A stretch of DNA of 64,000 nucleotides from Chiloscyllium plagiosum. Taxonomy: Eukaryota. The stretch spans positions 84,458,239 to 84,522,238 of the forward strand of contig NC_057719.1 of assembly GCF_004010195.1 (NCBI RefSeq), read 5' to 3'. The first letter of the stretch is position 1, and each line of letters starts with the position of its first letter. A program made the position numbers and the translations under genes. This document shows, piece by piece, positions 48,452 to 61,330 of this stretch. The notes beneath the pieces were generated by a model. That model saw nothing but the letters and a program-made list of their open reading frames with translations. It had not been told where the DNA came from and made no database searches.

Positions 48452-50272
48452 TAGATATGTACAGCACGGAAACAGACCCTTCAGTCCAACTCATCCATGC
48501 TGACCAGATATTCTAACCTAATCTAGTCCTATTTGTCCAGATCCCTCTAAACCCTTCCGATTCATATACCCATCCAGATGCCTTTTAAATGCAGAAAGGT
48601 CCCTTTTGTATTTTTCCCCTCTCACCCTAAACCTATGCCCCTAGCTCTGGACTCTCCCACATGGGAAAAGACTTTGTCTATTTATCCTATCCATGCCCCT
48701 CATGATTTTATAAACCTCTACAAAGTCACATCTCAGCCTCCGACATTCCAGGGAAACAGCCCTAGCCTATTAAATCTCTCCCTATAGCTCAAACACTCCA
48801 ACCCTGGCAACATCCTTGTAAATCTTTACTGAACCCTTTCAAGTTTCATAACATCCTTCCCTTAGGAAGGAAACCAGAATTGCACACAATATTCCAATAG
48901 TGGCCTAACCAATGTCCTGTACAGCCACAACATGATATCCCAACTCCTATAATCAACGCTCTGACCAATAATGGAAAGCATACCAAACAGCTTCTTCACT
49001 ATCAAATCTACCTGTGGCTCTACTTTCAAGGAACTATGAACCTGCACTCCAAGGTCTCTTTGTTCAGCAAAACTCCCCAGGACTTTACCATTAAGTGTAC
49101 AGGTCCTGCTCTGAATTGTTTTTCCAAAATGCAGCAGCTCGCATTATCTAAATTAAACTCCATCTGCCACTCCACAACCCATTGGCCCATCTGACCAAGA
49201 TCCCGTTGTACTCTGAGGTAACCTTCTTCGCTGTCCACTACACCTCCAATTTTAGTGTCATCTGCAAACTTACTAATTACACCTCCTATGTTCACATCCA
49301 AATTATTTGTATAAATGATGAAAAGCAGTGGATCCAGCACCGATCCTTGTGGCACTCCACTGGTCACCGGCCTCCAATCTGAAAAATAACCCTTCACCAC
49401 CACCCACTGATTTCTACCTTTGAGCCAGTTCTGTATCCAAATGGCTAGTTCTTCCTGCATTCCATGAGATCTAACCTTGGTAACCTGTCTCCCATGAGGA
49501 ACCTTGTCAAACGCCTTACTGAAGTCCATTTAGATCACACCCACCACTCTACCCTCATCAATCCTCTTTGTTACTTCTTCAAAAAACTCAATCAAGTTTG
49601 TGAGACATGATTTCCAATGGGCAAAGCCATACTGACCATCCCTAATCAGTCCTTGCCTTTCCAAATACATGTAAATCCTGTCCCTCTGGATTCTCTCCAA
49701 CAACTTGCCCGTCACTGATGTCAGGTTCACTGGTCTATAGTTTCCTGGTTTTCCCTTATCATCTTTCTTAAATAGTGGCACCACGTTAGCCAACTTCCAG
49801 TCTTACGGCATCTCATCTGTGACTATCAACGATACAAAAATCTCAGCAAGGGGCCCAGCAATCACTTCCCCAGCTTTGCCAGAATTCTAGGGTATACCTG
49901 ATCAGGTCCTGGGGATTTATCCACTTTAATGCATTTCAAGACATCCAGCATCCAGTAATATGGATATTTTTCAAGGTGTCACCATCTATTTCCCCACATT
50001 CTATATTTTCCACATCCTTCTCCACAGTAAACACTGATGCAAAATACTTGTTTAACATCTTCCCTATCTCCTGCTGCTCCACACATAGGCTGCCTTGCTG
50101 ATCTTTGAGGGACTCTATTCTCTCCCTAGTTATCTTTTTATCCTTAACGTATTTGTGAAAACCCTTTGAATTGTCCTTCACCCTATTTGCCAAAGCTATC
50201 TCATGTCCCCTTTTTACTCTCCTGATTTTCCTCTGTATACTCCTACTGCCTTTATACTCTTCTAAAGATTCC
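48452..50272 (-). mobile_element. 5'-truncated CR1 LINE
   Basis: NYRPVNLTS, MDFSKAFDKVPH, SGVPQGSVL, KFADDTK motifs. Confidence 0.92.
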
Positions 50273-50483
50273 CTGAAAGCTTGTGATTTCAAATAAACCT
50301 GTTGGACTATAACCTGGTGCCATGTAACTTTTGACCTTGTCCACCCCAGTCCAACAGCAGCACCTCCACATCACTAATAGCAATATAGGGTTATCTTCAG
50401 CAGATGGACTACACAGGTTCATAATGAGCTGAAAATGTGTTGCTGGAAAAGTGCAGCAGGTCAGGCAGCATCCAGGGAACAGG

Positions 50484-50518
50484 AGAATCGACGTTTCGGG
50501 CATAAGCCCTTCTTCAGG
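50484..50518 (-). ncRNA. Hammerhead ribozyme core in a short Penelope-type terminal fragment (about 50428-50518)
   Basis: Minus strand CTGAAGA-A-GGGC(TTAT)GCCC-GAAA-CG-TC. Confidence 0.6.
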
Positions 50519-50574
50519 TTCATAATGGCCAATTTTCACAGGCAATTGGGGATGAGCAAATATGTTATGATCCA

Positions 50575-52982
50575 GAGGAGCTGGTGTTGGTCTGGGGTGG
50601 ACAAAGTTGAAAATCAAACAACATCAGGTTATCATCCATCAGGTTTACTTGGAAGCACTAGCTTTCAGAGCACTGCTCCTTCAGGTGGATGTGGAGTATA
50701 AGATCGTAAGACACAGAATTCATAGCAAAATATTACACTGTCATGAAACTGAAATGATATATTGAACAAACCTGGATTGTTAAGTCTTTCCTCTTTTAGA
50801 CAGGGTTGCAGATTTCGGTTCATTAACATATAAATCCCAGAACTTCTTTTAAGTCACGTTCTCGAGATAATTTAGGGTTGTATAACAAAAAGTGACATCT
50901 CAGCTCAGACAATGCATCAAAGATGTGAGGTTAGAGTCTGTGTGTATCCCAATTTTGAGTCTGACTGCTCCTGAGTCAGAATTTGCAAAATATTACTTGT
51001 ATTGACTGCCTACCGATTGTGCATTTTTTGAGCAAATAGAATGTATCTGCAAATATAATTCTGCAAATACAAATTCACCCCATAGACTGATATGTGTGTG
51101 TGCATGCCCGAGAGAGGGAGAGAGAATGCGTGAGTGGTATGCATTTGAGTCTATTTGGACCCCTCTGGAGGGCCACTGCCCTGGGCATGTATGTTCCAAC
51201 TGGCAGGGAATATGTGAATGCCAGATTCATCAGCCGCACGCACAGAGTAGAACAAAACATCACCTGATCACAATGCAATGCCATCCAAAACCAATTGCAA
51301 CATTGTCATCAAACCAGCAGAAAAAGGAGGAGCCATCGTCATTCAGAATAGAATGGACTACTGCAAGGAAGTGTACCGACAACTGAGCAACCAGGAACAC
51401 TACAGGCAACTACCGGCCAATCTGACCAAAGAACCCGTGAACTAAACACATTGATCAAGTCTTTTGATCCAGTCCTTTAAGGTTCCCTACGCACTGTCAT
51501 CCCACGTACTTCTCGCAAAGGCGACTTCTACTGCCTTCCAAAGATAAACAAAGCCAACACACCAGGACATCCGATTGTATCAGGCAATGGGACCCTGTGT
51601 GAGAACTTCTCTGGCTATGTCGAAGGCATCTTGAAACCCATTGTACAGGGGACCCCAGGTTCTGTCACGACAGTACAGATTTCTTCCAGAAACTCAGCAC
51701 CCATGGACTAGTCAAACCGGGAACATTTCTCGTCACAATGGGCATTTCAGCACTCTGCACAAGCATCCCCCAAGATGACCCTTCATTGTCCAGTATTTCC
51801 TGGGAGCTGAAAAACTACCCCATGTTCTTCACGCCTGGAACACATTATTGATGAGGATGATCATCTCACCAAGACCTTCCCTACTTCTCCACTTCTCACA
51901 TTGAACCAATTGCCAAAACTTAAACAGATGATTGTTCACAGCAAACTGCCCAGCCTTCAGGACAACATCAACCACAACATCATACAACCCTGTCATGTCA
52001 ACCACTGCAAGATGTGTCAGAGTGTTGACATGGATACCATCATTACCTGTGGGGACATCACCCACTGTGTACTCATGTGACTCAGCCAATGTTGTCTATC
52101 GCATACACTGCAGACAAGGATGCCCTAAGACATGGTACATTGGCGAGACCAAGCAGACACTACAACAACAAATTAATGTATACCGAACAACAATCACCAG
52201 AGAAGTGTGTTCCCTCCCAGTTGGGAGCACTGTACGCTCTCTCTCACACACACACGCACTTAAATATTCACACACTCACGCAGACTCTCTCTCATACACA
52301 CAGTCTCTCTCATACACACACATGCCCCCAAGCATACATCCTGTCACAGGCTTATACTCCATCACACCCACACACACATTTTACCAAGCTTTCACACACG
52401 CAAGCACACACTCTCTCTCATGTGCACTCAGACTCACATGCACACACTTTCTCTCTCCTTCTCTCATGCATGCAAACCCACTTAAAGTCTATGGGGTAAA
52501 TTTGTATTTGCAGAATTGTATTTGCAAATACATTCTATTTTGCTCAAAAAATGTACAATCTGCAAGCAGTCAATCCTTGTAATATTTTGTGCATTCCACT
52601 TTGGAAATAGAACCAGTCTGACTCAAGATTTGGATGCAGATAGACTCTGACCTCACACCTTTAATGCTGTGTCTGAGTTGAGATGTCACCTTTTGTTATA
52701 AAACCTTATGTTATCTCGAGAAGGTGACTTAAAAGAAGTTCTGGGATTTACATATTAATGAACCGAAACTTGCAACCCATTCTAAAAGATGGAAGACTTA
52801 ACAATCCAGGTTTGTTCAATATATAATTTCAGTTTCATCACATTGTAATCTTTTGCTATAAATTCTGTGTCTTATGATCTTATATCCACAACCACCTGAT
52901 GAAGGAGCAGCTCTCCAAAAGCTAGCGATTCCAATAAACTGTTGGACTATAACCTGGTGTTGTGTGGTTTTTAACTTTGTCC
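50575..52982 (+). mobile_element. Internally deleted Penelope-like element with about 500-bp inverted terminal arms
   Basis: 50597-51090 is the reverse complement of about 52485-52982; core has FYCLPKINK and CDSANVVYRIHCRQGCPKTWYIGETKQTL. Confidence 0.85.
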
Positions 52983-53458
52983 AAATATATGTTGGTCTTT
53001 CAGTGATGCTAAAGCTCTGTAAATGGGTCAGAACAGAAATCCTATCAGTTGTGTGGATAAATGCATTTAACAGCACTGAGCTTTATAGATCAGGGAATGC
53101 TCAGCTCACTCTTTCATTCTGTGCTACTGTGAGCAACACATCATTGCATCAGTGTTTCATGACTCAAGAGGGACCAAAACACACTGATATCCTATTCCCT
53201 AGCTGAAAACATTTGCTGGAAAGGTATTCATGTGCAGACATGGGCATAAGTGCACTGTGATGCTTCATGTGGTTATATAGCTTGCCAGCACCATGGGCTC
53301 ATAACAGGATGAGACGCTAGAGCACTGTGCAATCCATAAACCATCAGCTGCTGTGAATGTGGAGAAGGAGTAATTATGAACAAAATTGACAAATGCTATT
53401 TTCAGTCAACATGTTGTCATCAGTACTTTTATTATACACACATTTTTCTTTTCAAAAG

Positions 53459-53617
53459 ATCAATAAAGAACAAGAAAAACCACCTGTGAAGAAATACTCC
53501 GTGAAACCAGTCCGAGAGTTAAAGAGCAAATTTGAAATGAAACAGGAAGCACGCAGGCTGGCAGAGGAGAAAGCAGAAGAGGAAAGGAAGCAGAAAGAAC
53601 TAGACTATTTGGCAGAC
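53459..53617 (+). CDS. DRC7: DRC7 coding exon 5, charged/coiled-coil segment (INKEQEKPPVKKYSVKPVRELKSKFEMKQEARRLAEEKAEEERKQKELDYLAD)
   Basis: KKY.VKP.R.L.S.FE motif; AAG acceptor, GAC|GTGAGT donor, 159 nt. Confidence 0.92.
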
Positions 53618-53669
53618 GTGAGTCCCATTAGTTAATTCTTCTGTTTATGTTTGCATCGAGTTGACAAAT

Positions 53670-54270
53670 ATGGCGCTGGAAAAGCACAGCAAGTCAGGCA
53701 GCATCCGAGCCCTTCATCAGGAATGTGTGTGTATGTATGTGTGTGCAGGGGTGGAAAGGTAGCTGGGAAGGCAGGTGGGGTGATGGTGATAGGTCGGTGG
53801 GGAGAGTAGAGCAGATAGGTGGGAAGAAAGATGGATAGGTAGGACAGATCAAGAGGGTGGTTCGAGTTGGAGGGTTGTTTTGAGGTGGGGGGAGGAGAGA
53901 TTTGGAAACTGGTGAAGTCGATGTTGATGCTGTGTGGTTGGAGGCTCCCAAGGTAGAAGATGAAGCATTCTTCCTCCAGTCATCGGGTGGCTTGGATTTG
54001 GCGGTGGAGGAGGCCCAGGACTTGCATGTCCTTGGTGGAGTAGGAGCGGGAGGTGAAGTAGTAGGCCACAGGGCGGTGGGGTTGTTTGGTGTGTGCATCC
54101 CAGAGATGTTTCCAAAAACGTTCCACGAGTTGGCGTCCTGTCTTCCCCATCAGAAGAGACTACATCAAGGGCAGTGGACCAGTAGATGAGCTGTTTGGAT
54201 GTACAAGAAAATGTCTGCCAGATGTGAAAAGATCCTCTGGGGCCTTGGACCAAACTAAAGAATGGATGGA
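53670..54270 (-). mobile_element. Penelope-like GIY-YIG and terminal-repeat fragment
   Basis: QGPRGSFHI.QTFSCTS..LIY reading; shared tail. Confidence 0.75.
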
Positions 54271-54484
54271 TTTTGGTAAAGATAACCCAGACTAGGGAAA
54301 TCACTGCTAGAACATAACAGCATGAAAAATAGGAGTAAGCGTGAAGTACATATTCTGTTGAGCCTGCTTTACCAGTCAGTTGGATCGTGGCTGAAGTTTT
54401 GGTTTCAATTCAACTTTTCTCCCTCTCACCCTAGCCATTAATTTTCTATGCCCAAAAATATGTGTGCATTGATTTTAAAGACAA

Positions 54485-54703
54485 CAGTCCCCCTGTATCC
54501 GTAGGGGATACATTCCAGGACCTACTGCAGAAGCCCAAACAGTGGCTAGGAATCCACCCATTTATTTAAATGGGAAATGTACCTTCCTGGTAGCCTCCTG
54601 GTCCCTGGTTCTGGAACATTCCCATTTTTGTGTTCAGGCCACAGTAGACTCCAGGTAAGTGAAACTGCAGTAACTGGATCCGTGGATACGGGGGTCGCCC
54701 TAT
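54485..54703. mobile_element. Tigger/MER2-like non-autonomous DNA transposon (MITE), inside an old CR1 tail
   Basis: Imperfect terminal inverted repeats CAGTCCCCCTGTATCCG...TGGATACGGGGGTC; start resembles the recalled MER2/Tigger end (GTATCCGT.GGGGAT..TTCCAGGACC). Confidence 0.6.
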
Positions 54704-55254
54704 TTTTAAAAGGAGGGAGCATCCACCACTTTGTGGGGTGGGCAGTCCCAAAGGTTCGCAACCTTTAAAGTGTGAAGAAAATCTCATCTCCATCCAAAAT
54801 AATTGGTCCCTTCTCATGATACTGTGCCTCTGTTGTCTAGATTCCCCAGCCAGAGGAAACTACTTCTCAGTAACTTGCTCATCGAGCCTTTTCATAATGA
54901 GATCACCACTCATTTTCCTGAAGTCCAGAGAACACAGCCCCACTTTAAGCCCCTCCTAATTCAGGGACAAATCCAGTGAAGCTTTGCTGTACTGCCTCTA
55001 AAGCATGCATGGATAAACAGAAACTGTTCTAAATACTCAGCAAATCTCTTTAGACAGCATTAAATGTACTTGGGAAAACCTTCGGCCTTCATTAAAGTTT
55101 GGCCGCTGTCTGGAATTCCATTTTGGTCTGCTGACTGGGTGGAGTTTTAAGATGAAATTCTAAAACCTCTTGATTAGTTGGGAGCGGAGGGATAGGTCCA
55201 AGTCTAGATGCACCTTGGTGAGATGGGTTCAGGTAAACCACTTTAGACAGGCAG

Positions 55255-55595
55255 GAGACTGGAAGAGCACAGCAAGCCAGGCAGCATCGGGAGGTGGAGA
55301 AGTCAATGTTTCGGGTGTAACCCTTCTTCAGGACTGGGGGGTGGGTGTAAGGGGAGCTGCAGATAATGGGGTGGTGGGAGCAGGGTGGTGAAGACAGGTA
55401 GAGGGTGCAACCTGATTGGTCAATGGGAGGAATGAATCTGGTGGGTGGCAGGGAGGAGTGAAAGGGAGGGGGACGGGCTGCGAAGGGAGTCTGGGGATGG
55501 GAAGGGAGGTTATTTGAAATTGGAGAACTCAATATTGAGTCCTCTGGGTTGTAGGCTGCCCAGGTTTTGAAATTGGAGAACCTAATGTTGAGTTC
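55255..55595 (-). mobile_element. Penelope-like terminal fragment
   Basis: Shared tail plus hammerhead motif. Confidence 0.7.
55301..55335 (-). ncRNA. Hammerhead ribozyme motif with CpG-decayed stem III
   Basis: Minus strand AGTC-CTGAAGA-A-GGGT(TAC)ACCC-GAAA-CA-TT-GACT; stems I and II perfect. Confidence 0.6.
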
Positions 55596-55758
55596 TTAGC
55601 TACCACTGCTGCTCCATTAGTTGATGAGCTGAAGTCTTTTGCAGTTTGATACTGATCTTTGCTATTGGCAATCCTAATGCCCTAAGAGGAAAATAAGTCA
55701 TTAGGGAATTAGAATTCAAGGAAGGCAAATGTGTATTAATCATATTCTCTTATTTTAG

Positions 55759-55977
55759 CTCAAGATCAAAGGAACGCATGATGTCATGCATGGTCTGCGG
55801 GTGCATTGTTGGGTTTTGGTACTTTCAGGCAAAAGGGAAGTCCCAGAGAACTTCTTCATTGACCCTTTCACAGGAAACAGCTATGAAACTACTAATGAAA
55901 GATTCTTGGGAATTGAGAGCATTTGGAACCATCGTAACTACTGGGTGAACATGCAGGACTGCAAGTTTGGTTGCAAG
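55759..55977 (+). CDS. DRC7: DRC7 coding exon 6 (LKIKGTHDVMHGLRVHCWVLVLSGKREVPENFFIDPFTGNSYETTNERFLGIESIWNHRNYWVNMQDCKFGCK)
   Basis: Very close to recalled DRC7 HGLRVH.WVLVLSGKREVPENFFIDPFTG...GIES.WNH.NYW.NMQDC; TAG acceptor, AAG|GTATTC donor, 219 nt. Confidence 0.97.
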
Positions 55978-57693
55978 GTATTCTTTTCCAACTCTAAAAT
56001 CAACCTGCGAATGCTAACTTGTGCAAGTTACCTTCTCTCCCAGTGCACCCATGCATCTTCATCAATTGTCCCCTTTACATCCAGTGGTATCAGGTAGTCC
56101 CATGCCACACGTGCTGATTATGTACAGTGACTTGTGATGCATATCACCCTTTACCCCCAGCCTCCAAAATCCAAAACAGTGTCACCTACTCCTGCTCTGT
56201 TGTCTTTTCACTTTCTTACAAACCATATCCTTGTGTGTTCCTATATCGAAGTGTGTTCAAGCAATACTACACTTGGGAGCTCTCTGCTCATTTGGGAATT
56301 GGAAAATCACTTAGACCAACATTAACTAAATCTATTGTCAGCCTTCAGTCCACCTGACTCTATATTATTTTCTGCTGAAGGTATCAGGACTTTGTGCATG
56401 GGTTGGAGGAGGGGGAAGGGCATAGTTTTGATTCTGGGCACATGGTTGGAATTGGAATTTAATCTGATTATTGCTTTTGATTTTAGTCAATTGCTTATGT
56501 TAAATTCTTGTTAAATTTAATGTAGTCTGCTTTACACGGGTTAGGTTGGCTTAAAAATACCATATTTTAACCAGCACAGTCGACAGGCCAGGTGTTCCGG
56601 CATAATATCTTGCTCATGGCCAAACCTTCTCCTGCCAGACCTTATCCTCTGCAGTTGGGCTGCATCTCCCTTGACACAATGATTTGAAAGTAGCTGGATA
56701 TTATGAGGAAAAGGAAAGACATTGTTGCTGAGCTGTGCGGAGGGGAAGAAAGACAGTGAATAGAGCAAGTTAAGCTTTTCATTCACATCAAAAAAGGGAA
56801 AGTTCAGTGGGAGAATCTGTGGGCATCTCACAATAGTCAATGGCAGAAGACTTGCTCCAAAATGACCAAGAATAAAGCAGTTGTGCCCACCAGTGCTCTC
56901 CAATTTGACCCAATAGATATTTCGGGATCGATAATGAGTTTGCATTGGTTAGGTGTATTGGTGACATTCAGCTGCTCCATGCCCGTGGACCAGTCATTTC
57001 TCTCCCTTGATGTCCTCACCACAGTCTGGTTATATTCTGATCAACTTATGAACAAATGTGCTCATCCCGAATAGAATTTTAGACAAAGCCAGTCCCAGAA
57101 TCTACATTTGCTGCTGTCGTGATCAGTTTCTCTCCCTGCCTCTTGTTCTCATTCCCAGGACATCCAAGCTTAACATTTTGATGTCATCCCAATTTCCCAT
57201 CAACATTGTAGTAAATTAACTCTTGGAAGCCTGACTTGTTTCAGGCAGGCAGGATGCTGTTCTAAAGGGATAGAAAAGAGAAACCATGAATTCTGGATTT
57301 TGGAACTGTTCCACCGGAATCAGGTGCTAGTAATTCTGCTGCCAGCTTCCTGCTTTGTTTTAAAACGTGTATTGTTCAAATTCATCTTTAATACGCTCTG
57401 TATCTTATCGTTTGGATTTCCCAACATCCTGTCCCAGACCTGTCATTTTCCAACCTAATAGAGAAAATGTAAAATGCCAGCCGCTATGTCTGATGTGACC
57501 TGTGAAATTCCTCAGGGTCTCTCCACTTTCACAATGTTTGCAGGGACCTGATGGATGGACTTGTGCCTGAACTTTTGCTGAACTTGTGCCTGATTTTCAG
57601 TGACGGAACCTGAGAGACCCTGAGAAAATTCTCAGTGAGTATTCCTTTGTTGATATATGCAATAAGTGATTGTGTTATTCTTTTTTTCTCTAG

Positions 57694-57813
57694 AATGTTG
57701 TCTTTGACCTCGGTGACCCTGTGAAATGGGAGTATATGCTGCCTGACTCTGATAATTCGCAAATTGTCCTCCCTGAATCCTATGACTACCTTGTGGACGA
57801 GGTGGATGATGAT
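57694..57813 (+). CDS. DRC7: DRC7 coding exon 7 (NVVFDLGDPVKWEYMLPDSDNSQIVLPESYDYLVDEVDDD)
   Basis: FDLGDPV.WEYML motif; TAG acceptor, GAT|GTGAGA donor (a weaker in-frame donor after 57801 is possible), 120 nt. Confidence 0.9.
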
Positions 57814-58914
57814 GTGAGACCTGATTGATAATCACGTAGTTGATAGTGTTAGTTAACAAGATCGCAAAATTTTGTTAATGCAGAGCAAGAGTAAGTTCTC
57901 TTTCCTCATTTCCTCACAGTGCTAACTTGCAAGCTACAGGTCTATGGAGGCAACCACAGCTAACTGCAAATCTTTATTCAAATTTTAATCAGGTGGTTTA
58001 GTTCTGATAGGTCAAGGCATTGCCATGGGAGATGTACAACAAAATGATAGTCACTTAGCTTTTTCAATTGAATTAGGCATAGTATGCGTGCACGTTCTGT
58101 CTACAAACAGTAGTTGTTGAATGAATGCTAATGCAACAGTTTAAATAATTTAAAGCATTTATCACTCTCCACTATTTTTCAGTTTAGATCTGCTCAAAGC
58201 TCTAAACAGTTTCCAAAATTAGATGTGATTCTGTGATTGTACAATATTTGCTAAATAATTTTGAATGTGCTAAGAATTATGCTGACAACCAGTTTAATAT
58301 TTTCCTTTGGTCTTGTGTGTGGTACACTTGAATGAACTAGAAACTACATGTTTTAATACAGAGTGTTTTAATTTTTGCACACAAAAAAATATATACATGC
58401 ATTGTGCCTGGTTCAGCTGAACAAGGCTTTGACCAACCTGTCTGCTTTATATTTAGAACTTGGGTTGTTTTTAGAACAAATAGAACTGTTGAGAGCATTC
58501 AAAATCTTTGAATCTGTTCCATGAATGTCAGTACCAAGCCAAGCCTGCATGTGTGAGAACTCCATTGGATTATAAGATGCTTCATTCTTTTTGATTTCAC
58601 CTTGCTACTGAGACTTGCCTCATCGAGGATACTGTGTGATTGGTCAGAGTGGTGGCACGAAGGAGGCATGGGTTGGCCTGTAGTGGGCAGGAGTTGGAAT
58701 GGAAAACCACATGAGTACTTAACATTGAAAGAGGTGAGAATTGGAGGGCCTAGTAGCTTCTAAAGGTCCAAGAGAACTAAGGTAGGCCTTCTAACTAGCC
58801 CACTTTGGCACCCATCTGTCCCAGTGGCTATCTACAACCAGTTTTCCGAGTCAGTGGACCTGATTCTATTCCACCTCTAGTTTTCAAAATGAAAATCTGG
58901 TGTAGTTGGGCTCA

Positions 58915-61330
58915 GGTGTATCAAGAGCCCGAGGCCTTTGATCATTGTTGCTGGTGACTTAAAGAACATGTTACAAAAATACCATGAACACGTCATCTGT
59001 TCCACCAAAGGCGTGAACATCTTTAACCATTGCTGTATATCCATCAAAGATTCCTACCTCTCCATCCGCCATCTGCATTTTAGAAAATCAGATCACAATA
59101 TTGTGCTCCTCCTCCCAGCTTACAGACAGAAATTGAAGAGTGAGGACACATACAGAAAGTCGTGCAGTGTTGGTCTGAGGCAATGGAAGGACTTCTATTG
59201 CTTAGAGACGATGGACTTATCCGTATTCAAAAACTGAGCAGCCAACGTAAACAAATATGCCACTACCGTTACAGACTTCACTAGTAAGTGTGTAGAAGAC
59301 TGCTTGACAAAGCAGTGAATCTGAATGTTCCCCAACTGGAAACTATCGATGAACCGGGAGATCAACTTCCCCACTGAAGTCCAGATCTAAGGTGTTCAAG
59401 TCTGGCAACCCTGACCTGTACAGGAAATCCAGGTACCACCTTCGTCAGGCCATCAGAGACGCCAAGAAGCAGCACTAAGCTTGGACATGACACCTGACTT
59501 TTATGGCAAGCCTTAGACAACATAATGGGCTACAAGGTGAAGTCAAACAGAATCGTAGGCAACAGTACATCCCGACCCGATGAGCTCAATACATTCTATG
59601 CTCACTTTGAACAGAAAGTCAATGAAACGATGTCACCTGCCCCAAGAGCCTCAGATGTACCTGTACCCAAAGTCACCACTGCAGACGTTACATCCGACTT
59701 CTTGAGAGTGAATCCATAGATGGAGTCCTCGGCCATACATTCATATCCTGTGAGGACTCGCCCCTTTTTCTGATCTGAACTCCCCATCTGCTTCAAAAAG
59801 ACACTAACGTCCCGATGCTAAAGAAAAATCTGCTACTGCCTGGTGGCTCTGCCCTCCGTAATTATGTCGTGCTTCGAGAAGTTAGTCATTGTTCACTTCA
59901 GTTCCAAATTGTCTTGATTCTTTGCAATTCACCTACTGGTGCAACAGGTCCATGGCAGATGCCATCTCTCTGACCCTACACTCATACCTGGAACACCTGG
60001 ATAACTAGATACCTAAGTCAGGTTCCTACTTATTGACTACAGCCTCACCTTTAACACCATAATTCCAGACAAGGTCTTCTCTAAATTCTCTAAGACCGAG
60101 GTCTCGGCTCCTACCTCTGTAACTGGGTCCTCAATTTCCTGATGCATAGACCACAACCTGTAAGAATAGATGACAATATTTCCTCCACCACAATCCTCAA
60201 CAAGGCTGGGTGATCAGCCCCCTATTTTACTTCTTATACACTCATGACTGAATGGCCAAATTACACCCCAAATCCAATTGCAAGTTTGCTGAGGACACAG
60301 AGTTGTAGGTCGGATCTGAAACAACAATAAGACAGAGCATAGGGAAAAGATTGAGGGCTTCACAACAAGGTACAAAGACGACAATCTCTCTATCAACATC
60401 AGCAAAATGAAGGAGCTGCTCGTTGACTTCAGAAAGCAGAGTAGAGGGCAGGCACTTGCCTGCATCACTGGCTGAGGTGAACGTGGTTGAGAGTGTCAAG
60501 TTTCTGGGAGTGACGATCAACAATCTGGCCTGGTTCACTCTAATTGACACGACAGTTAAGAAAGCACAACAATGTCTCTACTTCCTCTGGAGGCTAAGGA
60601 AATTCAGCATATCCACAAGGACTTTCTTACCAATTTTTATAGATATACCATAAAAAGCATCCTATCTGGATTCATCGCAAATGCTTTTCCCAAGACCGCA
60701 AGAAACAACAGAGAGTCGTGAACAACAGACCTGTCCATCACACAAACCAGGTGGAAGTGGGTACTGCAGATGCTGGAGATCAGAGTCAAGATAAGAGGAG
60801 CGCTGGAAAAGCACAGCAGGTCAGGCAGCATCCAAGAAGCAGAAAAATCGATGTTTTGGGCAAAAGCCCTTCATTAGAAATTCCTGATGAAGAGCTTTTG
60901 CCTGAAATGTCGATTTTCCTGCTCCTTGGATTTTGCCTGACCTCTAATCATCACATAAACCAGCCTTCCATCCACTGACTGTATCTGTAATTCCTGCTGC
61001 CTTCAAAAGCAAACAACATAATCAAAGATCCCTCCTACGCCGGCTATACTCTCTTCAACCCTCTTCTGTTGGGCACTAGATATGAAAGTTTGAATACATG
61101 TACAAATAGATTCAAGAACAGCTTCTTCCCCGCTGTTATCAGACTTTTGAATGGACCTCTCAAACGTTAATTCTGATCTCTCCTTGCATTTTCTCTGAGA
61201 CTGTAATACTGTATTTTGCACTCTGTTCTACTACCCTGATGAACGTTGTGTGGTACGATCTGCTCATACAGCATGCAAAACACCACATTTCACTGTATCT
61301 CAGTGGATGTAACAACAACAAAGCAAACTC
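58915..61330 (+). mobile_element. Decayed Rex1/Babar-like (CR1-group) LINE with a nested palindromic cassette at 60751-60948
   Basis: IIVAGD, SDHNIVLLLPAY, PDELNTFYAHF, KFAEDT, VESVKFLGVTI, KKAQQCLYFL.RLRKF; nested TSD CATCAC(A/T)AAACCAG-like at 60736-60750 and 60949-60963. Clade assignment is from memory of the motifs. Confidence 0.75.
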
